Source of the DNA: a virus
Direction: 5' to 3' (one strand)
UHGV virus genome: UHGV-1790366
Length of the DNA stretch: 11,176 bases
Below, piece by piece: positions 5,936 through 11,176 of the stretch. The notes under the pieces are model-generated. The model was not told where the DNA came from. It made no database searches and saw only the letters and a program-made list of their open reading frames with translations. How positions within the stretch are numbered: position 1 is the stretch's first letter; each line of letters opens with the position of its first letter. The translations under genes and the position numbers were made by a program.

Positions 5936-7228
5936 GTGAGTAAAGAATTGATTCAGGTTAATACCAAATTAACCGCTAATACAATCCGCCGTGAAACGTA
6001 TAACGGGCGGGAACATATTGTTGTTCCGTCCTACACGTTACCCTTTAACATCGTAATGAACCGGGAATATTACCCGGAAGCTGAAATTATCGCTAATTAC
6101 CAGTCACTGGAGGGTACGCTTGCCCCGCTGGGCCATCCTACCGTTGACGGTAAATTTGTTTCCGCATTTAGCCCGGAAGGATTAAACACGGGTTTTTGTG
6201 GAGCGTGGAACAGAAACGTTGAATTACGCGGCAATCGTGTTTATGTGGAAAAATGGGTGGACGTGGAAACCGCCAGCCATTCAGAGCAGGGCCGGGAATT
6301 GTTAAGCCGACTGGAAGCGCTGGAGAAGGGAGAGAGCAAAGATCCTATCTGGTCGTCCGTCGCTGTATATCGCCAGCGTATGCCAGCCACCGAAGACATG
6401 AAAGCCCAGGGCGCTGACCATGTAGTGAAAATCATGTCGATCGACCATGACGCTATTTTGCTGCATGAGCCTCCAGCCGCTTCACCGGAACAAGGTGTAG
6501 GCCTGATGGTTAATACTGACCAGGCAAAACCGTTAATGTCGGTGGCGATGAAAGAAAACAGCTACAGAACACTTGAGAAACAATTAACAGACGCGGCGCG
6601 GGATTTATTCCCTGATGCTGATTATGTGTATGTGGTGGACTTCACTGATAAAGAGGTGACGATCGCCACTAATGCGGAAAGTGCTCAAGTTTGCGCATAT
6701 GAAAAACAGGCTGATAAAATTATTCTCAATAATGGCGAGCTTGCAACCAACGAGGAAAGTAAATCATGGTTTGCTCAGTTCGCTGAACACCTTTCTAATC
6801 TTTTCTCCCTGAATGAAAAAATTAAGGCCAATAAATCGGAGGACGATCCCATGCCTTTGACCAAAGAAGAACGCGCCGAACTGGTAAAAGAAATTAACGA
6901 AGGCTTAGCCGCCAATATCGCTAATGCAGTAGCAGAGGCATTAAAACCAGTACAGGCAAGCGTAGAAGAATTACAGACCAACCAAGAAGAATTACAGACC
7001 AACCAGAAAGCAATTAAAGAAGAAATTGCAGCAAACGCAGATAAAGAAGTAGCAGAAAAACGCGCCGCAGTAGCAAAAGTTCACGGCGAAATTGTTGCTA
7101 ACGCATTAAGCGGTGAAGCGTTAGACGCAATGTTTAAATCCCTGGGTAAAGCAGCACCAATGGCAGCAAACTCAGCCGCTGGTGGAAATAAACCTGCCAC
7201 CCCTGACATTAACAACTATTTCGCATAA
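5936..7228 (+). CDS. Capsid scaffold-like protein with a globular N-terminal domain (possibly a prohead protease/scaffold fusion) and an Ala/Glu/Lys-rich helical C-terminal half
   Basis: Lies between the head morphogenesis gene and the decoration/major capsid genes. The C-terminal half is low-complexity and helical, including the tandem heptad EELQTNQ EELQTNQ. Likely start is GTG 5936 (GGGAG at 5923-5927, 8-nt spacer); the ORF-track TTG at 5921 overlaps the upstream gene's last codons and stop (5928-5930). Confidence 0.55.
   Translation: MSKELIQVNTKLTANTIRRETYNGREHIVVPSYTLPFNIVMNREYYPEAEIIANYQSLEGTLAPLGHPTVDGKFVSAFSPEGLNTGFCGAWNRNVELRGNRVYVEKWVDVETASHSEQGRELLSRLEALEKGESKDPIWSSVAVYRQRMPATEDMKAQGADHVVKIMSIDHDAILLHEPPAASPEQGVGLMVNTDQAKPLMSVAMKENSYRTLEKQLTDAARDLFPDADYVYVVDFTDKEVTIATNAESAQVCAYEKQADKIILNNGELATNEESKSWFAQFAEHLSNLFSLNEKIKANKSEDDPMPLTKEERAELVKEINEGLAANIANAVAEALKPVQASVEELQTNQEELQTNQKAIKEEIAANADKEVAEKRAAVAKVHGEIVANALSGEALDAMFKSLGKAAPMAANSAAGGNKPATPDINNYFA
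6965..7006 (+). repeat. In-frame 21-bp tandem duplication (2 copies, 20/21 identical) inside the scaffold-like gene
   Basis: GAAGAATTACAGACCAACCAA (6965-6985) is followed directly by GAAGAATTACAGACCAACCAG (6986-7006). Both copies are codon-aligned and encode EELQTNQ EELQTNQ. Confidence 0.9.
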
Positions 7229-7238
7229 GAGGTGAATT

Positions 7239-7640
7239 ATGGCCCGTTTTCGTCGTGTAAATATTGACGGCAAATCCGTTACTGAAACAGCAGTATCTGC
7301 CGCAGCACTTAAGCCGGGTACTCCGGTAAAAATGGCGTCTGGTAAATTCGCTGCCGCAACTGATACCACAGGACGTATTTATGTTGTTAACCCGGCATAC
7401 CATGAAGGTTTAGGCATTGAAGATGCGATCCCGGTTGGTCATTCCGTGGTTGCTGACTACGCAGAAGAAGGACGTGAATTTGCGATTCTGCTTCCTGAAG
7501 GTGCTTACACCAAAGACGCTGCCATCACCATTGGTGAAGGTGGCTTTAAATTGGTTACATCTGATGAACCTGTTTTCGCTTTCTGCCAGGAAACTGTAAC
7601 CCTTGAAGCGGCTGATTTTGTACGTGTCCGCGTTGCATAA
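7239..7640 (+). CDS. Putative head decoration / capsid-associated small protein
   Basis: 133-aa ORF with ATG 7239 and SD AGAGGTGA (7228-7235), immediately upstream of the major capsid gene. Gly/Ala/Thr-rich composition. Assignment rests on position and size only. Confidence 0.45.
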   Translation: MARFRRVNIDGKSVTETAVSAAALKPGTPVKMASGKFAAATDTTGRIYVVNPAYHEGLGIEDAIPVGHSVVADYAEEGREFAILLPEGAYTKDAAITIGEGGFKLVTSDEPVFAFCQETVTLEAADFVRVRVA

Positions 7641-7659
7641 TAATAAGAGGTGAAAAACT

Positions 7660-8712
7660 ATGTTGTTTAATAAACACAACCTTGCTACCAACAGCCGCAT
7701 TCGTGCCCAGTGGGATCACCTTTGGGCGCAGCGCAACATGTTCAATGATCAGGACGGCGCTCTTATTGCCGCAAATATGGCAAACATGACCGCTGACATC
7801 CTGGCATGTAATGCCGTTGGCGGCTTCGATCAGGAGTTCTGGAAAGCTGTCGATAACCAGATTATCGAAATGAGCACCGAAGAGACTGGTATTGAAATCG
7901 TAAACGATTTGATGGCTGTGCAAACCGTATTGCCAATCGGTAAAACCGAGAAAATGTACAGCGTATCCGGTGATATTAACGATGAAGTTGTCGTTAGTAT
8001 CGATGGTCAAGCCCCGCATGGCTTCGATCACACTGAATATGGCAGCGATGGCGACCCGATCCCGATGTTCGCAGCGGGTTACGGTGTCAGCTGGCGTCAT
8101 TCCGAAGGTCTGAAAACTGTTGGTATTGACCTTGCACTGGATAGCCAGCGCCTGAAACTGCAAAAATTCAACAAGGCCCGCGTTGATTATTACCTTAACG
8201 GTAACGCAAAAATCAACGTCAACGGTAAACCTGGCCAGGGTATTAAAAATCACCGCAATACCCAGCAACTAGTCATGACCTCCGAAGATCTCACCACTGA
8301 CGGATTCGATGCTCTCATCAAATTCTTCACCACTGGTGCATTCGGTGTTATGGCCCGCAACAACCGCGTTGACCAGTATGATCTCATGTGGGTGTCACCT
8401 GAAATTATGGCTAACCTGGCAGCGCCGCACATTGCAAACGGGACTGTCGTAGGCAGTGTTCTGAATATCGTTAAACCGTTCATTCCGGTTAAAGAAATCC
8501 GTCAGACCTATGCACTGAAAGGCAACGAGTTCATTGCCTATCAACGCCGCCGCAACGTCATTACCCCGCTGGTTGGTATGACTACTGGCGTAGTGCCTCT
8601 GCCGCGCACCATGCCTACCGATAACTACAACTTCAAAATCATGTCTGCCGAAGGCTTACAAATCACCTGCGACATGCTGGGCCGTTCCGGTGTTGTTTAC
8701 GGTCACAAATAA
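7660..8712 (+). CDS. Major capsid protein
   Basis: 350-aa ORF with ATG 7660 and strong SD AGAGGTGA (7647-7654, 5-nt spacer). It follows the scaffold and decoration genes and is followed by a strong intrinsic terminator, as expected for the most highly expressed head gene. Confidence 0.75.
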   Translation: MLFNKHNLATNSRIRAQWDHLWAQRNMFNDQDGALIAANMANMTADILACNAVGGFDQEFWKAVDNQIIEMSTEETGIEIVNDLMAVQTVLPIGKTEKMYSVSGDINDEVVVSIDGQAPHGFDHTEYGSDGDPIPMFAAGYGVSWRHSEGLKTVGIDLALDSQRLKLQKFNKARVDYYLNGNAKINVNGKPGQGIKNHRNTQQLVMTSEDLTTDGFDALIKFFTTGAFGVMARNNRVDQYDLMWVSPEIMANLAAPHIANGTVVGSVLNIVKPFIPVKEIRQTYALKGNEFIAYQRRRNVITPLVGMTTGVVPLPRTMPTDNYNFKIMSAEGLQITCDMLGRSGVVYGHK

Positions 8713-8730
8713 TTTCGTATTTCCTGTAAC

Positions 8731-8759
8731 TCCCCGGCGCGATGCCGGGGATTTTTTTT
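8731..8759 (+). terminator. Rho-independent terminator downstream of the major capsid gene
   Basis: Hairpin with an 8-bp GC-rich stem (TCCCCGGC 8731-8738 pairing with GCCGGGGA 8744-8751) and loop GCGAT, followed by eight T residues (8752-8759). Confidence 0.85.
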
Positions 8760-8777
8760 GTATGTGGAGCAAACAAA

Positions 8778-9164
8778 ATGGTCACTACAGAACAGGCGCG
8801 GGAATATCTTGAAAGCCAGGGTATTGACCTGCCAGACATTATCTTATCTTTGCTGGTGGAGCAGGCAAATAGCGTTAATGAATGCCTTGATGCCAACTAT
8901 CCGGCCTCCACTGCAACATTGATTCAGCTTTATCTGATTGGCCTGTTAGGACTAAGCCAGGCTGATAAATACGTTTCCTCGCAGACTGGGCCGAACGGTG
9001 CGAGTCAGTCATACCGCTATGTCGATTTCAACAAACGATGGAAGGCGGCCTATTCGTTGCTTTACTCCATTGATAAACATCACTGTACAGCCGAACTGAT
9101 TCCAGCAGATCCAGAAAACACCGCGCACGCAGGGCTTTGGATAGGTAAAAGTGGGAGGATGTAA
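8778..9164 (+). CDS. Putative head-tail connector / head completion protein
   Basis: 128-aa ORF. Start set to ATG 8778 (GGAG at 8766-8769, 8-nt spacer); the ORF-track ATG at 8742 lies inside the terminator loop. First gene after the capsid gene, where siphovirus connector/adaptor genes usually sit. Function inferred from position only. Confidence 0.45.
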   Translation: MVTTEQAREYLESQGIDLPDIILSLLVEQANSVNECLDANYPASTATLIQLYLIGLLGLSQADKYVSSQTGPNGASQSYRYVDFNKRWKAAYSLLYSIDKHHCTAELIPADPENTAHAGLWIGKSGRM

Positions 9165-9166
9165 CA

Positions 9167-9352
9167 ATGTGGAACGACCTGACATTACCGGATCCGTTAT
9201 TGCCGAAACTGTTTACCCGCGTATGGGTGAAGACAGACACCGGGCGACAGGTAGCCGCCTACCTCAATGATGCTGGCGAATGGGTAATTCTTTGCCCGCG
9301 CGTGGCGAAAACCCATCCGAAAATTGTTAAATGGAGCTATGGCTATGAGTAA
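9167..9352 (+). CDS. Small hypothetical protein (61 aa) in the head-tail joining cluster
   Basis: ATG 9167 with GGGAGG at 9153-9158 (8-nt spacer), starting 3 nt after the upstream stop. Its stop overlaps the next gene's start (ATGAGTAA). Confidence 0.5.
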   Translation: MWNDLTLPDPLLPKLFTRVWVKTDTGRQVAAYLNDAGEWVILCPRVAKTHPKIVKWSYGYE

Positions 9353-9713
9353 GATCGCGAGATTCAGTTACAAGGCATTAGCCACCATTTACCCCGTAAC
9401 GCGTGACGACTGGACAAACTCCGACGTATACGGTGCGCCATACCTGGTAGATTGTGCATGGGAGCGTACTGACGGAACCGCAACAGACGCAAACGGGAAT
9501 GAGGTTAGCAACACGATAACCGTATATACCGAACTGCTTCACAAGATGCAGCCAGTGCAGCTCCCTGAAAAAGGATGGATGCTTGCCACTGGTGACACTA
9601 CTGCTATTTCCGACCCGCTGGCGGCTGGGGCCAACGTTATTACCGGGATCGTTGAATGGGATATGAGCATGTTTAACGACACGCCGGATTATAAGATCGT
9701 GACAGGGGGTTAA
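9345..9713 (+). CDS. Putative head closure / head-tail joining protein
   Basis: 122-aa ORF. Start set to ATG 9345 (GGAG at 9333-9336, 8-nt spacer) rather than the ORF-track TTG at 9324. Size and position fit head-tail adaptor proteins. Confidence 0.45.
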   Translation: MSKIARFSYKALATIYPVTRDDWTNSDVYGAPYLVDCAWERTDGTATDANGNEVSNTITVYTELLHKMQPVQLPEKGWMLATGDTTAISDPLAAGANVITGIVEWDMSMFNDTPDYKIVTGG

Positions 9714-9715
9714 TC

Positions 9716-10180
9716 ATGCCTATCAAGGGGGTTAAACGCGTCCGTGAGAGATTAAAGCAGGAACTAAAGGAAATCACCGATAAAAAGACGCACGAAGTTT
9801 TATGGCGCGTCGGTATGCTGGCTGGTGGCTTCGCGGCTAATATGACGCCAGTCGATACGGGCTTCTTAATTAACAGTCAGTTCCAGTACATAGGGAACAC
9901 GGCGGACGGTATGCAATTACGCCTGGGATATACGGCCCGCTACGCTGAATGGGTGCACAATATGCCGGGTACATTAAAAGGCCAGCCGCGCGAAGATTTC
10001 GGCAAAACGAATAACCTTTCAGATTTCGGACCGAAACAGGTAATTAGTTTTGGTGGTGGTACTGGAAAGGGTAATTATTGGGATCCAAATGCGGAGCCTG
10101 GATTCTTGCGTAAGGCATTCGAAGATCCTAACCACGCCGATGATATTTATAAAGAAATTGTAGAAGGTTACAAAGTATGA
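9716..10180 (+). CDS. HK97 gp10-like neck / tail-completion family protein
   Basis: 154-aa ORF with ATG 9716 and SD AGGGGG (9704-9709). Contains MTPVDTGFLINS, which matches the DTG-x-L signature I associate with the HK97 gp10 family, and sits in the expected neck position. Confidence 0.55.
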   Translation: MPIKGVKRVRERLKQELKEITDKKTHEVLWRVGMLAGGFAANMTPVDTGFLINSQFQYIGNTADGMQLRLGYTARYAEWVHNMPGTLKGQPREDFGKTNNLSDFGPKQVISFGGGTGKGNYWDPNAEPGFLRKAFEDPNHADDIYKEIVEGYKV

Positions 10181-10563
10181 AACGCAGCGAAGTTTACGAC
10201 GAAATAAGGGATTGGATTCAATCCCACGGATACGATGAAGGCTATATTTTGCAGGCCCGTTTCTGGAATGAGCGAAGTAATTCGAATAATGACAGATACA
10301 TCGTGATCCAGCAAAACGGCGGCGCGGCTGGTGAGGAAGCAATAACCCGTGATTATTTCCGCATCCTGGTTATTTCAGCGCGTAATGATGCAAATATCAG
10401 TGAGGTGGAAGACCTTGCCGATACCATCCGTCAAAGTATGTTAACAGAATATAAAACTGATAAAATTACACACATGAAGCCAGTTGGCGCTATTCCTGCA
10501 ATACAGACAAGAGAAGGGCGCTTTATTTTTACCGTAGCCTTTCAAACCATCATATCAAGATAA
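10177..10563 (+). CDS. Putative tail terminator / tail completion protein
   Basis: 128-aa ORF whose ATG 10177 overlaps the upstream stop (ATGA), with GAAGGT at 10164-10169. Lies immediately upstream of the probable major tail protein. Function inferred from position. Confidence 0.4.
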   Translation: MKRSEVYDEIRDWIQSHGYDEGYILQARFWNERSNSNNDRYIVIQQNGGAAGEEAITRDYFRILVISARNDANISEVEDLADTIRQSMLTEYKTDKITHMKPVGAIPAIQTREGRFIFTVAFQTIISR

Positions 10564-10576
10564 GAGGTAAATTAAC

Positions 10577-11053
10577 ATGTCTCAGACTTGCGAAAAAGGC
10601 ACGTTTACAGGCCGTGACGTTGCTGTATTCTTCGCTATCGCTTGTCCAAATGCGAAGCCGGAAGCTGAAGCGTACAAAGCGTTAGGCATGATGCGTGGTA
10701 AAACACTTTCCGTTGAATGGGAAACCGCTGACGCCACCGCCGATAAATCAGCCGATTACACGAAAGAATCAATGGTTACTTACAAATCCGTTTCTTTCTC
10801 CGGCGACGGTGTGTCCCGCACTGAAGAAATCCATAATCAGAAAGCGCTGAAACGCCACGTAATTACGCCAGGTGAAACCACCGGATCACAACCTTATGTA
10901 TGGCTGAAGATCGTTTCTCCTGTAGACGTAACTGAAGGCCCATTCCTTTGCACTTCCTTTAAAGAAGAAGATCCACACGATGATGTTTCCACCTGGTCCA
11001 TTGAGTGCGAAAGCGCTGGCAAGGTAACGGTAGGCGACGTTCCGCCAGCATAA
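10577..11053 (+). CDS. Probable major tail (tube) protein
   Basis: 158-aa ORF with ATG 10577 and SD AGAGGT (10564-10569). Thr/Ser/Gly/Val-rich composition and position after the neck genes; followed by a strong intrinsic terminator, typical of the abundant tail tube protein. Confidence 0.5.
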   Translation: MSQTCEKGTFTGRDVAVFFAIACPNAKPEAEAYKALGMMRGKTLSVEWETADATADKSADYTKESMVTYKSVSFSGDGVSRTEEIHNQKALKRHVITPGETTGSQPYVWLKIVSPVDVTEGPFLCTSFKEEDPHDDVSTWSIECESAGKVTVGDVPPA

Positions 11054-11071
11054 CAGCCAATATTAACAATC

Positions 11072-11096
11072 GGGGCCATTTGGCCCCTTTTCTTTT
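11072..11096 (+). terminator. Rho-independent terminator downstream of the probable major tail protein gene
   Basis: Stem GGGGCC (11072-11077), loop ATTT, stem GGCCCC (11082-11087), followed by TTTTCTTTT (11088-11096). Confidence 0.8.
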
Positions 11097-11109
11097 AAGG
11101 TGAATACTA

Positions 11110-11176
11110 TGATCCATGTTCGTACAGGACAATTTGCGGCTGTGGTGAACGGTAAGCGCTATGAGTTTAATCCTTG
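11110..11176 (+). CDS. 5' end of a downstream gene (partial; possibly a tail assembly chaperone or another tail gene)
   Basis: ATG 11110 preceded by AGGTGA (11098-11103, 6-nt spacer); the frame is open to the window edge (MIHVRTGQFAAVVNGKRYEFNP...). Only 22 codons are visible. Confidence 0.4.

Noticed and set aside
7555-8268. 237-aa minus-strand ORF antisense to the major capsid gene (and partly to the decoration gene)
   Set aside because: It lies entirely within well-supported + strand structural genes that have strong SDs. Long antisense ORFs are a common artefact of coding sequence; it has no recognisable motif and no independent gene context.
8742-8777. ORF-track start at 8742 for the gene after the capsid gene (MPGIFFVCGANKM...)
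   Set aside because: The ATG at 8742 is in the loop of the terminator hairpin and the first 12 codons read through the stem and T-run. ATG 8778, with a GGAG SD, is the plausible start.
1669-10342. Remaining minus-strand ORFs in the track (e.g. 1669-2118, 2811-3008, 3123-3371, 4052-4252, 4684-5213, 5558-5851, 6241-6435, 6775-7002, 7172-7403, 7410-7700, 8250-8483, 8663-8896, 9028-9240, 10019-10342, 10894-11079)
   Set aside because: All are embedded antisense within the contiguous + strand operon, are short, and lack convincing translation signals. 8663-8896 and 10894-11079 also run through the two intrinsic terminators.
1-11176. tRNA/rRNA genes, CRISPR arrays, IS elements or integrase/attachment sites
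   Set aside because: No cloverleaf-like or rRNA-like stretches, no regularly spaced direct repeats, and no transposase or integrase-like ORFs were seen. The window is entirely structural and packaging genes plus the miniORF region.

Overview
The window reads as the DNA-packaging and head/neck/tail-proximal morphogenesis module of a tailed (siphovirus-like) phage or prophage, with every supported gene on the + strand. Order: a possible C-terminal fragment of an upstream gene; a 180-aa protein with an HExxH motif and a lysine-rich tail; a dense run of eight miniature hydrophobic ORFs (14-31 codons, 733-1383) plus a 48-aa acidic ORF; terminase small and large subunits; portal; Mu F/SPP1 gp7-like head morphogenesis protein; a 430-aa scaffold-like protein; a small decoration-like protein; major capsid protein followed by a strong intrinsic terminator; five small head-tail joining/neck proteins; a probable major tail protein followed by a second intrinsic terminator; and the start of another gene. 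No tRNA, rRNA, CRISPR array or transposase/IS element is evident. The most unusual feature is the miniprotein array just upstream of the terminase genes, a candidate undescribed small-membrane-peptide system. All functional calls come from reading the translations, motifs and gene order; no database search or computation was run, so family assignments are approximate. Several start codons were revised from the ORF track on the basis of ATG/GTG position and Shine-Dalgarno (SD) spacing.
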